A DNA stretch of 64,000 bases from the human T2T-CHM13v2.0 reference genome, Homo sapiens: the NCBI RefSeq assembly GCF_009914755.1, contig NC_060931.1; one strand, 5' to 3'. Below, one piece after another: positions 44,461-63,279 of the stretch. The stretch's first letter is position 1; each line of letters starts with the position of its first letter. Under the pieces are notes generated by a model. That model ran no database searches. It was not told the DNA's origin and worked only from the letters and a program-made list of their open reading frames with translations. A program made the translations under genes and the position numbers.

Positions 44461-46009
44461 TATTTCCCCCTACTGTAGTGCCTGCCCAGTGCCGTTCCAG
44501 AGCTGAGGAGTAACTGATGGGGTCAGAGTCAACCGAAGCAGATCCTCATGAAGAGACAGCACAAGGGAGACCAATGTTGGAGAAAATGGGACACACCATT
44601 GTGTACTGTGCAAATGGCAACAAAATGAAGAATCAGACACACAGATCCACTGGTTACGAAAAAGAGTGTCCCGCCACCGGGACCACATTGCAGGCGAACA
44701 AAGCATTAACACCTGCAATATTGAAACCACAGTCTCTTTGACCTGCTGCCCCCCGTGTAAGCCATCAGCTTTGTCTTTATACTGTCCGGGAATCTTTCCA
44801 TAGGGATTAGGATTTTGGCCAGTCCTTCCCCAGATGATTCCTGTCCTCATGTGAAATGCCTTGGTTCCCCGTAAGATGTCTTTCTCTAGCCATTTGTAAG
44901 TACTGAAGAAATCCACTCTGTTCTAACAGGTTGCTTTAACTAGATTTCTAATGTATATTAATAGTTTCACGAAACCACATAGGAAGTATTTTACATTTGT
45001 ATTGTATTTTTTGCCATAGAAGTCACCACAAGTGCTTCTTTGCATTTTCTTGTTTCCTGAAGCAATTTCCTCTGCTATTGTTTTAGTTACAAAATGTTTT
45101 ATTAATTTTAAAACTGGATTCTTTTGTGAAATTTTGGTGATCTTGTGTTAAAATACTGATATGAAGGGCTTTGCCTGCTAAAGGAAACAAATATTTCTGA
45201 AGGTTTTAAAAGAAAGGTCCACTTGGTCCTTGTTTACACAGATCACTTATAACTACAAACCTGAGACTGAAGAATGTGCATGAAAACCCACTTTGTATTT
45301 CCCACTGTTTTGTGCTCAATGGATTATCATTCTTAGATTATTCAGAATTCATTCAATTCAGCCATGCCTCTAAAGTTAAAAACGCCTAACGCCTCTTCCT
45401 CTGGGCTTTGAAGAAAAAGGAAGAATAATCCCAGATTTTCAGGCCCTTTAGTGTCTCTCTCCAGTTTTTGACCCAGATTCCCGCTCAGGTGAAGTTGGCT
45501 GTTGGGTGAAAGTGCAGCTTGATAGTTCATCTTGGGACCTCATCTCTTCCTCTGCCAATATGATTCTGGCACTGCCAACTTCACGTACTTCAACTTATCA
45601 GTGAAAGTTCCAGAGAGCATCCTATGACTCCCCCAGAACACCAGCAATGACCCCTATTTCCAGAGGTGGAGTTTGGGGACTGGGGAGGTCTCACGTGGTG
45701 GAAAAGCAGTTCTGTCATTTGACAAGTATTTTTTAAGCATCTGCTACCTGCCTGCACCCTGCCTTCAAAGATCCACCATGCAGTGGCTCTAAAACGCTGC
45801 AGCAGGTTAGCCTTTCCCCTGGGGAGGACATCAAAAGGCTCTCGCAGGAGGTCTAGCTGTGGGACCATGCTGGACACATGGAGCCATCCCCTCAGTGCTG
45901 CCTGCATATCAGAAATACCCAGCATGGGCTAACCAGGGGACATCACTGGGAATTATGTGATGAGCAGGAAACTCATCCTCACACCCATGGTTCAGAACAC
46001 AAGGCCTGG

Positions 46010-46619
<610 letters not shown>

Positions 46620-48342
46620 TAATGACATTTTAAGACAAAAATATGTGGCAATCCTCCAGTGACCAGATTTTCCCTGCCTACCTCCAACAGCACCAGCCTC
46701 AGTGACAGGGAAGACACAGATGTCTGAATTCAGAGCAGAGGCCACATATGGAAGGGCTGGAACAATGTTTTGTTGTCACTGCTGCTGCTGCCACAGTGGT
46801 TTCATTTGAATTGAATGTGAATGCATGTGGAGGAGGACCTACCTGTGTTCTCCAAGGAGCTCTGAGGACCTACCTGTGTTCTCTGATTGCCTCGCCCAGC
46901 AGCTGTCCTCCTGCCTTGCTCTGAAGCCTTTGGATGTCTGGCAACCCCTCGCCTCACTAAACACCCAGATGTGCCCATTCAGTGGTGGGAAACCTCTCGG
47001 TGTCAGATTGTAACACAATCAGGATTCTTTACAAGTTCTACTGCTTTGGTCAAAAATGAGGACTTGCTTGTCAGCCTTCTTCTTGGCTCTTAGCCAAGGC
47101 TTTGGGTTTCTAAAGCATGGGTGACATTTGGGCTGTGGAGGTAACGCTCCAAAAAGGGCAGGGAAGGCTCTCTTACGCTTTCTGATGGGGCGTTCTCTTG
47201 GTGGTGTGCAGCGGACCTCAAATCCTGTGAGCAATTTTTCTCCAGACGTGGATAAGAGGCCATTCTTTTTGTTCATTCTCCTGTAGACTCTGGTTGATGT
47301 CTTGCCAATGTAGCAGGATGCTTCCCCACTCCAAATGGGCAGGAATCCAAGAAATGCCGTTTTCTGTTTGTCCGGGCACAGATAATTGAGGAAAATCCCT
47401 GAAGCAAATGTACAGTTTATATTTCTCCAGCGCCTGTTGCAGATAGTCTCTTATTTCTTAGCAACAGGACCAAGCCAGAGGCAAAATTCAGTTCAACACA
47501 AGAACCATGCTTTTCCAAACCTGTAGGATCCTACTGTGCATTGGGCTCTCGATCCCACTGTGCAGTGGTGTTTTCTCTTGTCCCATAAATTCCTCTCTAC
47601 TGCTTGTGACATGAGTAACCCTGAGAAAGCAGAATGATTTTTAACATCATCTTATAGCAAACTTAATCTGGAGGGCAAATCTGCTGCTAACAACCACACA
47701 ACGGAAAGGCCACTTGATTACTTCCAAAGTCAAACCGAGCAATCCTTTGCATTATCAGAGCACTCTTCTGGGAGAGCCCACACGCAAAAGATCGCATCTT
47801 GATGTTCATAAAATAAGGCTTTGGTGAGTCAACAGGAGTCGAGGGCTTCACTTGTGAATTCAGATTGTAGTTAGTGGTTGTTTTTTCTTTAAGCCACTAA
47901 GCTTGAATTAGATGAAGAGTGTGACTCATGAAATAGGTTTTATTTAAGGGATTTGGGGTCTTGATTTTAAATGTATGTTTATGGATATGGGAATGCTGTG
48001 GGAAAAAAAACATATAATCATGGATAAATAATCAGATTAGAAATCCAGAATGCATTCCAGCTGTAGGATTCGTATTGTTGTTGGCCGGCTTTGTTCTGGG
48101 GATGGGGGGAAGGGGTGCAGTGTATCCAAACTTGCCGCATGTAACTACACTTCCCACAGGATTTGTTTTTTTAGCATAACAACAAATGCTTATACACTTA
48201 AAAGTGAGAGTTAAACAGTGTTTCTTTATTTTGATTAGCCATCCAGTAGTTTAACCCTGACTTTTTTCCACTCTGGTTTTCTAACCTCACCAGTGGCAAG
48301 AGTTGAAGAAAAACCCTTAGTTTTCACTGGGAACCTCATAAC

Positions 48343-51433
<3,091 letters not shown>

Positions 51434-53027
51434 GAACTTCATAACTTTCATCCAGTTCAGTTACATTTGAGGGTTTCTTCTAACAAATGCATAGTACTTT
51501 CCATTCCCCTTCCCTCCCACCAGTACACATAGGTTTGTTTGGTTGTTTTTAATTGGTTAGTCTGATGTAAAAATGGAAAGATCCGTTAGGCATCGATTTG
51601 GAGTGTCAGGTTCAGATGAAGGCAAGAGGCAGGGACCATCGGTCCTTAGTATCTAAATGAACACTTCAGGATGGCCAGCCTCTGCAGACATCTTGGATCG
51701 GACACCACTCACCATGAATGTTGCCTCTCTGACGGACCACCTGTTGACCCAGGAGAAGCCAAAGCTGGAGAGCCCCAGAGTGAGGGAAGGAGTTATTCTG
51801 GAAATGTCACCTCCCATTTTCTAATTTGGGATCTTGACTCTGAATCTTCATTTGAATGCAGGTGAATTAGACCATCTCTCATGTTCTTTCCAACTCTAAA
51901 ATTTCATCCAAGCTTGATTCCCTTTATGGGCCCATGAGGTCTCAGAGGTCATGCAGGAAAATTAATAATAACTGTGCCCCAGGAATTAAAGGTCAGGACC
52001 CTGGAAATAAAGTCTGGAGACTTAAGTGTACAATTGCTAGGAGAGCCCCAACATGTGATTTTTCTTCCTCTCTAAAATTATGTATAGGGAAGATGATTAT
52101 CTACTAGAGGTGTTGTATTAATTAAGTGAGATAATGTGTAAAACGTACGGCACAGTACTAGGCACACAGTAGTTTCTCAGTGAAAGGCATTGAATGAATG
52201 GCTAAGTGCATAAAACCATCAAGCAAGCAACTTACCCCAAGCATCTCAATTAGCAAGGCACAGAGCCAGGATGCAAACTGAGATCCTCTGATTTTAAGTC
52301 TAGGGCTCATTCCCCTGTTATCGTACCTACTGATATGTCCCCAAAGTTGGTTGTCTGGTAGTTAATTGTGGTCATTCTGAAGCAGAAGTTCTGCCTAGAC
52401 ATTCATTCCAAATTATCTGGTTCAAGGTAAGGAATCTCATCTCATTGTTGGAATCTCTCAGGTGGTTGGCAAGAGCTTGTGTCCAAATTGTACACAAATC
52501 ACCTGGGTCTTCCTCCTGTATTAGGTCCAGCATTCATACCTTTACTTATTTCCATTAAGCATTTATTGAGATCTTCCTTGGAGTATATGCTGTAAAGATA
52601 ATAAATCTTGCGTCTGTAATCTTTCATTACAGAAATACAAGGCAGGGTCCTTAGGCATCTGGGAAGATGAAACAGGCACACACAAGAGTTGAGGAGCAGC
52701 ACAAACATTATGCAAAGAGTCAAAGAGAATTCCTCAAATGAGAATGCACCGTGGAACACCGAGAAGAGGGGGCTTGATGGGGACTGGGAGATGAGCTACA
52801 ACTCTATCTTGAAGGGTTTTCCTGAAGGGGAAGATTTAGACTGTTCCCTGAACTATAATGTTCTTCTCTCAGGTACCCTGCTGAGTGCAGGGAACAGTCT
52901 ACATCAAAAATAGAATTCTTTACTCACCAAAATGGTGCTAATACTAGTAGTTTTCAAGCATTATCCATATCTTCTTACACAGTTGTTCTCAATGCATGGC
53001 CATGAGCATCAGGATCACCTGTGGGTT

Positions 53028-55050
<2,023 letters not shown>

Positions 55051-55838
55051 ATAGGGGTATTTATTGCAATTCAGATTCCTAAGCCCACAGGACAAACTGC
55101 TGAATCAGACTGTAGGTAGGACCAGGGAAGCTGCCCAGGTGATTCTGAGGCACATCAGGTTTTGTGAACCACTATCATAGCTTCTGCTTTGGCAATTTCC
55201 ATATCAAACCCAGAGTCTATCCTGCCAGAGGCACTAAGCTCAGAACCCTGGCAATGAACCAGCTTGCCAATGGTACTTCTCCTGTGGAATTGGAGAGACT
55301 GAACAATAGACACTTCTAGCATTTGCGTCCCACTATTTCAAGAAGCATCTTCATCAGTCCTTCCCACCTGGCTTCTTTCTACATGACCCCTTTGGGAAAA
55401 TTCTGTGGAGCCAAAAGGGAGGGGTGTATGCCTCAGGTTAGCTCTTTCCTATTAATAAATCCTCTCCAGTTTAGGAAGCCCCTCATCAGCCTGCAAGGCT
55501 TCCATATCTCTAGAGGCTTTAAGGCTGTGTCTGCTCATGTTGGGGAGGGGGGAATACCCAAAGAAAAGTGTGGAAAGTCCATGAACACCCCCATCTCCAC
55601 TCAGGCAGGAGAGGGCATTCCTCAGGCCCAGAAGCCTCTACAAGCCTGAAGAGCAGGGACACAGAGTAAAAATATTTCTGTCTTTGGTCAACAACATGCA
55701 CCCAGATGGATGTTTTTTAATACAGTAGAGAATAAAAATAAAAGCAAAATACACAAAAAAATCGTCCGCAATCCTACCACACAATGACAACCACGGTTGG
55801 TCCTGTATTTGCATTTACTTCCAGTCTTTCTCTACACA

Positions 55839-56169
55839 TTTTATTTTGTTTTATTTTATTTTATTTTATTTTAATTTTATTTTGAGACAGAGGCTCACTC
55901 TGTCGCGTAGGCTGGAGTGCAGTGATGCAATCTCAGCTCACTGCAACTTCCACCTCCCGATTCAAATGATTCTTGTGCCTCAACCTCCTGAGTAGCTGGG
56001 ATTACAGGCATGTGCCACCACACCCAGCTAATGTTTTCTTTTTTTTTCTTAGTAGAGACAGGGTTTCACCATGTTGGCCAAGCTGGTGTCAAACTCCTGG
56101 CCTCAAGTGATCCACCCACCTCAGCCCCCCAAAGTGCTGAGATTACAGGCGTGAGCCACTATGCCTAGC
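55839..56169 (-). mobile_element. AluS with (TTTTA)n tail
   Basis: tctctac(a/g)catttta TSD. Confidence 0.96.
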
Positions 56170-57669
56170 CTCTCTACGCATTTTAAAAACAAGCCTGAGA
56201 TCTGTTTTCATGTTAATGACTAGTTTCCAGGACAGTAAACAGAAAAGCACAGTTTCTTCAGGTTCCTCTCAGCAGAGCACGTGGCTTTCAGCATCCAACA
56301 GCTTTTGTTCCTTGTGCCATGGAAAACCTACTCTCTCAAGGAAGGCTTTTTTAGTTTTTACTTGCCTGTTCATTAAAAAAAAAAAATCCAAACAATATCA
56401 AAATACATAGTCTTTCTCCATCCCATGGTTACAGATTCACCTTTTCATATAAAAACATATAGGATATACATCTATACTGCTTTTTAATCTATAAAAAATT
56501 GAGTAATAATGTAGATTCTCTTTGGTGACTTATTTTTTAAACCTACCAACATACTGTGGATACCATAGATTTTTTAGGGAGAAAAAGAGAAAGCAGAAAT
56601 AAAAACTGGGCTAGAAAGTGAAAACGGCTTCTTTAATCTGGATGCCAGGAAGAAAGTATGTACGAGGTTTGCTATGCTAATTGAAACCACATCCCAAGAC
56701 TATTATATACTTTGTCCTAAGTATGGGATTGAGAAATGTAACTACGTGGGTTGCCATTTCTTAAAGCACCCAGAACAAATAATAAATGTATGGAAATATG
56801 GCCTAAGAAAAGGTGTAAAATAAGTCTTAATCACATGCCATATGTGATTAAGCATATGGCATAAGCCTGAAATTATACTTTCTTTTTTTAAACATAAAAT
56901 AGTTAGAAAATAGTGAATGCCAAAACTAGATTTACCTTTTCCTTTGAAAAAAACCAATCAATTAGTTCTCTTTTTTTTAGAATTTTATATTATATTTTAT
57001 TTTTTTGACCTTGAGAAAGTTACTTTTTTTCCATAAGTTATTGGGGTACAGGTGGTATTTGGTTACATGAGTAAGTTCATTAGTGGCGATTTGTGAGATT
57101 TTGGTGCACCCATCACCTAAGCAGTATATACTGCACCATATTTGTAGTCTTTTATCCCTCGCCCCCCTCCCACACTTGCCCCCAAGTCCCCAAAGTCCAT
57201 TGTATCATTCTTATGCCTTTGTGTCCTAGTAGCTTAGCTCCCACATATCAGTGAGAACATACGATGTTTGGTTTTCCATTCCGGAGTTACTTCACTTAGA
57301 ATAATAGTCTCCAATCTCAACCAGGTCACTGCAAATGCTGTTACTTCATTCCTTTTTATGGCTGCATAGTGTTCCATGGTATATATATACCATGGTTTAT
57401 CCACTCATTGATTGATGGGCATTTGGATTGGTACCAAGATTTTGCAATTGTGAATTGTGCTGCTATAAACATGCATGTGCAAGTGTCTTTTTCAAATAAT
57501 GACTTCTTTTCCTCTGGGTAGATACTCAGTAGTGGGATTGCTGGATCAAATGGTAGTTCTACTCTTAGTTCTTTAAGGAATCTCCACACTGTTTTCCATG
57601 GTGGTTGTACTAGTTTACATTCCCACCAGCAGTGCAGAAGTGTTCCCTGTTCACCACATCCATGCCAAC

Positions 57670-58109
57670 TTTCATACATGTCCGTGTGAAGAGACCACCA
57701 AACAGGCTTTGTGTGAGCAACATGGCTGTTTATTTCACCTGGGTGCAGGTGGGCTGAGTCCGAAAAGAGAGTCAGCGAAGGGAGATATGGGTGGGGCCGT
57801 TTTATAGGATTTGGGAAGGTAATGGAAAATTACAGTCAAAGGGGGTTGTTCTCTGGTGGGCAGGGGTGGATCTCACAAAGTACATTCTCAAGGGTGGGGA
57901 GAATTACAAAGAACCTTCTTAAGGGTGGGGGAGATTACAAAGTACATTGATCAGTTAGGGTGGGGCAGGAACAAATCACACGGTGGAATGTCATCAGTTA
58001 AGGCTGTTTTTACTTCTTTTGTGGATCTTCAGTTACTTTAGGCCATCTGGATGTATACGTGCAAGTCACAGGGGATGCGATGGCCTGGCCTGGGCTCAGA
58101 GGCCTGACA
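57670..58109 (-). mobile_element. HERV-H 3' LTR (LTR7)
   Basis: Minus strand begins TGTCAGGCCTCTGAGCCC, preceded by PPT AAGAAGGCAGGAA. Confidence 0.97.
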
Positions 58110-60086
58110 TTCCTGCCTTCTTATATTAATAAGACAAAACAAAATAGTGTTGAAGTGTTGGGGCGGCGAAAATTTTTGTGGGGGTGGTATGGAGAGAGAA
58201 TGGGCAATGTTTCTTAGGGCTGCTTCAAGCAGGATTAGGGGCGGCGTGGGAACCTAGAGTGGGAGAGATTAAGCTGAAGGGAGGTCTTGTGGTAAAGGGT
58301 GATATTGTGGGGATGTAAGAAGAAACATTTGTTGTATAGAATGATTGGTGATGGCCTGGATACGGTTTTGGATGAATTGAGAAACTAAATGGAATAAGAG
58401 AAGGAGAAAAACAGGTATAAAAGGTCTAAGAATTGGGAGGACCTAGGACATCTGATTAGAGAGTGCCTAAGGAGATTCAGCATAGTCCTGCCAGCAAAGA
58501 TTATTTATTTACTTCAAGAGTTTAGAGTGGCAGTTTGGGGATAGCACCAGGAGATATCAGCTGTGATGGCTTGGAGAAACAGTGTAAACCGGCAGTGTAA
58601 ACAAGAGCAGGGCATGTATGAGTAGTTGAGAACGGTGAATAGGAGTATGACTGGACAAAAGATAGTAGGGATGACAAGTTTTTTTGGGGCACAGTCTAAG
58701 TTGGTCTGGTGTCAAATGAGACTGGGGCCTAATAAAAAGGAGCGTCTATACAGGAGCTTAAATGGGCTGTACCTTGTAGCATTGAGGACAGGCCTGAATT
58801 CTGAGAAGCAAAAGTGGTAAAAGTATTGTCAGTCCTTTTAAGTTGGTGGCTGAGCTTGGTGAGCTGTGTTTTTAAAAGATCTTTAGTCCGTTCTACTTTT
58901 CTTGAAGACGGAGGACCGTAAGGGATATAAAGTTTTCACTGAAACCTACTAAGAGCCTGAAAAACTGCTTGGCTGATTTGACTAATAAAGGCTGGTCCGT
59001 TATCAGACTGTATAGAGGTGGGAAGGCTAAACTGAGGAATTATGTCTGACAGAAGGAAAGAAATGACTGCGGTGGCCTTCTCAGACCCTGTAGGAAAGAC
59101 CTTTACTTATTCAGTGAAAGTGTCTATTTGGACTAAGAGGTATTTTAGTTTCCTGACTCAGGCACGTTGAGTAAAGCTAATTTGCCAGTCCTGGGTAGGG
59201 GCAAATCCTCGAACTTGATGTGTAGGGAAGGGAGGGGGCCTGAATAATCCCTGAGGAGTAGTAGAATAGCAGATGGAACACTGAGAAGTTATTTCCTTGA
59301 GGACAGGTTTCCACGATGGAAAGGAAATGAGAGGTTCTGAGAGGTGGGCTAGTGGCTTGTACTATAGCATAACCTGCCTTTGCTGGTATGCGGCGATTAG
59401 GCCTGGTGGAACTGCCATCAATAAATCAAGCGTGATCAGGGTGAGGAACAGGAAAGAAGGAAATATGGGGAAATGGGGTGAATATCAGGTGGATCAGAGA
59501 GATACAGTCATGGGTGTCAGGTGTGGTATCAGGAATAATGTGGGAGGCCGGATTGAAGTCCGGGCCAGAAACAATGGTAATTGTGGGACTTAAAGAGTGA
59601 GTACAGCTGAAGGAGCCGGGAAGCAGAAAGTATATGCATCAGGTATGAGGAAGAAAATAGATTTTGGAAGTTATGAGAAATGTAGAGAGTGAGTTGAGCA
59701 TAGTTTGTGATTTTGAGGGCCTCTAAAAGTATTAAAGCAGCGGCAGCCGCTGCACGCAGACATGAGGGCTAGGCTAAAACAGTAAGGTCAAGTTGTTTGG
59801 ACAGAAAGGCTACAGGGTGCGGTCCTGGCTCTTGTGTAAGAATTCTGACCGCACTAACCATGCCTAGGAAGGAAAGGAGTTGTTGTTTTGAAAGGGATTG
59901 AGGTTTGGGAGATTAATCAGACACGATCAGCAGGGAAAGCACGTGTGTTTTTATGAGAATTTGGCCGAGATAGGTAACAGATGAGGGTGAAATTTGGGCT
60001 TGACTGAAGTAATGGGGGCTGTCTGTGAAGCCTTGCGGCAGTACAGCCAAGGTAATTTGCTGAGCTTGATGGGTGTCAGGGTCAGT

Positions 60087-60479
60087 CTAAGTGAAAGCAA
60101 AGAGAGGCTGGGATGAAGCGTGCAAAGGAATAGTAAAGAAAGCATGTTTGAGATCTAGAACAGAATAATGGGTAGTAGAGAGAGGTATTGAGGATAGGAG
60201 AGTATATGGATTTGGCACCACGAGTTGGATAGGCAAAACAATTTGGTTGATAAGGCGCAGATTCTGAACTAACTTGTAAGCCTTGTCTGGTTTTAGGACA
60301 GGTAAAACAGGGGAATGGTAAGGAGAGTTTATAGGCTTTAAAAGGTCATGCTGTAGCAGGCGAGTGATAACAGGCTTTAATCCTTTTAAAGCGTGCTGTG
60401 GGATGGGATCTTGACATTGAGCGGGGTAAGGGTGATTAGGTTTTAATGAGATGGTAAGGGGTGCATGATCGGTCGCCAA
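60087..60479 (-). pseudogene. HERV-H pol (RT N-terminus) remnant
   Basis: PINSPYHSPVLPVLKPDKAYKLVQNLRLINQ...PNPYTLL...YSVLDLKHAFFTIPL. Confidence 0.93.
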
Positions 60480-60632
60480 GGAGGGAGTAGAGGTATCTTA
60501 TACTTGTGGGTTAAGGTAGGGGGATATAAGAGGAGGACACAAAGGAGGCTTTGGATTGGGAAGAAGGGCGGCAATGAGATGTAGCTGTAGTCCAGGAATA
60601 GTCAGGGAAGCAGATAATTTAGTTAAAGTGTC

Positions 60633-60857
60633 TCAGCCTAATAAGGGAACTGGGCAGGTGGGGATAACTAAAAAGGAGTGCTTAAAAGAGTATTGTCTAA
60701 GTTGGCACCAGAGTTGGGGAGTTTTAAGAGGTTTAGAAGCCTGGCCGTCAATACCCACAACAGTTATGGAGGCAACGGAAACGGGCCCTTGAAAAGAAGG
60801 TAATGTGGAGTGGGTAGCCTCCATATTGATTAAGAAGGGGACGGACTTACCTTCCAC
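60633..60857 (-). pseudogene. HERV-H protease remnant, catalytic motif lost
   Basis: FLINMEATHS in place of FLxDTGA; SFLVIPTCPVPLLG. Confidence 0.9.
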
Positions 60858-62182
60858 TGTGAGAGTTACCCAAAGCTCGGTGTCCGTGATGGTCTACGGG
60901 GCTTCCGAGGCGATCGGGCAGCATCAGTCTTCAGCCGCTAAGCCGAGAAGGAGTCAGTCAGAGAGCCTTGGGCCAGAGTTCCAGGGGCTCTGGGAGTGGC
61001 TGCCAGGTGAGTTGAACAGTCCAGTTTCCAGTGGGGTCCCGCACAGATGGGACATGGCTTAGGAGGAATCCTGGGCTGCAGGCATTCCTTGGCCTGGTGG
61101 TCAGATTTCTGGCACTTGTAGCAAGCTCCTGGGGGAGGAGGTTCTGGAGGAAGCCTGGCTGCTGTGGTTCAGGCGTTTGGAAGTTCTTGTGTGCTGGAGA
61201 TGTGGCTGGGGTTTGTCTCACAGTGGAGGCAAGGAATTGCAACTTTTTTCTATTATTGTACACCTTGAAGGCGAGGTTAATTAAATCCTGTTGTGGGGTT
61301 TGAGGGCCAGAATTTAATTTTTGGAGTTTTATTTAATGTCGGGAGCAGATTGGGTAATACAATGTATATTGAGAATAAGATGGCCTTTTGACCTTTCAGG
61401 GTCTAGGGCTGTAAAGAGTCTCAGGGTTGCTGCCGAACGAGCCATGAACTGGGCAGGGTTTTTATATTTGATGAAAAAGCCTAAACGCTATCTGATTTGG
61501 GATAAATAAAAAGGAGCATTAACCTTGACTATGCCTTTAGCTCCAGCCACCTTTTTAAGAATAAATTGCTGGGCAGGTGGGGGAGGGCTAGTCACGGAAT
61601 GAAACTGTAAGCCCGACCAGGTGTGAGGAGGGGAAGCGATAAAAAGATTATAGGGTGGAGGAGTGGAGGCTGAGGAAGAATTGGGACCTAGCTTGGCCTG
61701 GCTAGGAGGGGAGAGGTCAGATGGGTCTGTAGAAAAGGAAGATTAGAAAGACTCAGCGATGCTTGGCGTTGGGACTGAGGGGACAGGCGGGAGATTTGGG
61801 ACGAGTTGCATTGGGCACAGAGACTAGGAATGGACTGATGTGTAAAAGAATGCCTGGACGTCAGGCACCTCAGACAATTTGCCCATTTTACGACAGGAAT
61901 TATTTAGATCTTGTAGGACAGAAAAATTGAAAGTGCTGTTTTCTGGCTATTTGGAACTACTGTCGAGTTTGTATTGGGGTCAAGCGGCATTGCAGAAGAA
62001 AATAAGATGCTTAGATTTTAGGTCAGGTGAGAGTTGAAGAGGTTTTAAGTTCTTAAGAACACAGGCTAAGGGAGAAGAAGGAGGAATGGAAGGTGGAAGC
62101 TTGCCCATAGTGAAGGAGGCAAGCCCAGAGAACAGAGAGCGTAGAGACACGGAGGGAAGTGGTTTGGGGGTTCTTGCCCCCT

Positions 62183-62404
62183 AGAAAAGCAGGACTTGCC
62201 GCTAAGGGTGAAGGAGAAGGGGTTGAGGGGTACTTGCCCCTGCCCCAGGAAAGCGGGACTTGCCGCTAAGGGTGAAGGAGAAGGGGTTGAGGGGTACTTG
62301 CCCCTGCCCCAGGAAAGCAGAGAAGGGGTAGAGACAAGGAGAGAAGGGGTTGGGCTACTTGCCCCTTCCCCAGAAAAGCAGGACTTGCCGCTAAGGGTGA
62401 AGGA
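62183..62404. repeat. HERV-H leader tandem repeats (~64 bp)
   Basis: ggacttgccgctaagggtgaagga occurs three times. Confidence 0.9.
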
Positions 62405-62818
62405 CCAAGGCAGGTGTCCCTGCGTGGTCTGACACCCTTGAAACGTGGGTGTATAATCAGAGAGGCGTCCCTGCATTGATTAAACACCAAGGGAAGGCTG
62501 CCTTCCCAGTCCGTGACCGGCGCCGGAGTTTTGGGTCCACGGATAAAACGTCTCTTTTGTGTCTACCAGAAAATGAAAGGAATTGAAATTAAGAGAAGGG
62601 AGAGATTGAAGTGTAGCGCCAAGATTGAAAGGAGAAAGAGGTTGAGGGATAGTGAGGGAAGTTGGAGAAGAGAGTAAAAAGAGGCCGCTTACCGGATTTG
62701 AAATTGGTGCGATGTTTCTTGGGCTGGTCGGTCTGAGGACCTGAGGTCATAGGTGGATCTTTCTCACGGAGCAAAGAGCAGCAGGACAGGGGATTGATCT
62801 CCCAAGGGAGGTCCCCCG

Positions 62819-62838
62819 ATCCGAGTCACGGCACCAAA
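62819..62838 (-). other. tRNA-His primer binding site
   Basis: Minus strand TTTGGTGCCGTGACTCGGAT directly after the 5' LTR. Confidence 0.95.
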
Positions 62839-63279
62839 TTTCATGCGCGTCTGTGTGAAGAGACCACCAAACAGGCTTTGTGTGAGCAACATGGCTGTTT
62901 ATTTCACCTGGGTGCAGGTGGGCTGAGTCCAAAAAGAGAGTCAGCGAAGGGAGATACGGGTGGGGCCGTTTTATAGGATTTGGGAAGGTAATGGAAAATT
63001 ACAGTCAAAGGGGGTTGTCCTCTGGTGGGCAGGGGTGGATCTCACAAAGTATATTCTCAAGGGTGGGGAGAATTACAAAGAACCTTCTTAAGGGTGGGGG
63101 AGATTACAAAGTACATTGATCAGTTAGGGTGGGGCAGGAACAAATCACAATGGTGGAATGTCATCAGTTAAGGCTGTTTTTACTTCTTTTGTGGATCTTC
63201 AGTTACTTTAGGCCATCTGGATGTATACATGCAAGTCACAGGGGATGCGATGGCCTGGCCTGGGCTCAGAGGCCTGACA
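62839..63279 (-). promoter_or_regulatory. HERV-H 5' LTR (LTR7), promoter/enhancer
   Basis: TATAAAA (tttata on + strand, ~62970), CCCCACCC boxes, AATAAA; adjacent to PBS. Confidence 0.93.

Larger units (their letters stand above)
57670..63279 (-). mobile_element. HERV-H provirus, internally deleted, two LTR7
   Basis: Two ~440-bp LTRs, CCAAC 5-bp TSD, tRNA-His PBS, polypurine tract, gag/pro/pol remnants. Confidence 0.98.

Noticed and set aside
60087-61263. Coding-competent retroviral genes
   Set aside because: Short broken frames, protease DTG motif lost, pol and env largely deleted.
62819-62838. tRNA gene
   Set aside because: Only the retroviral primer binding site complementary to the tRNA-His 3' end.
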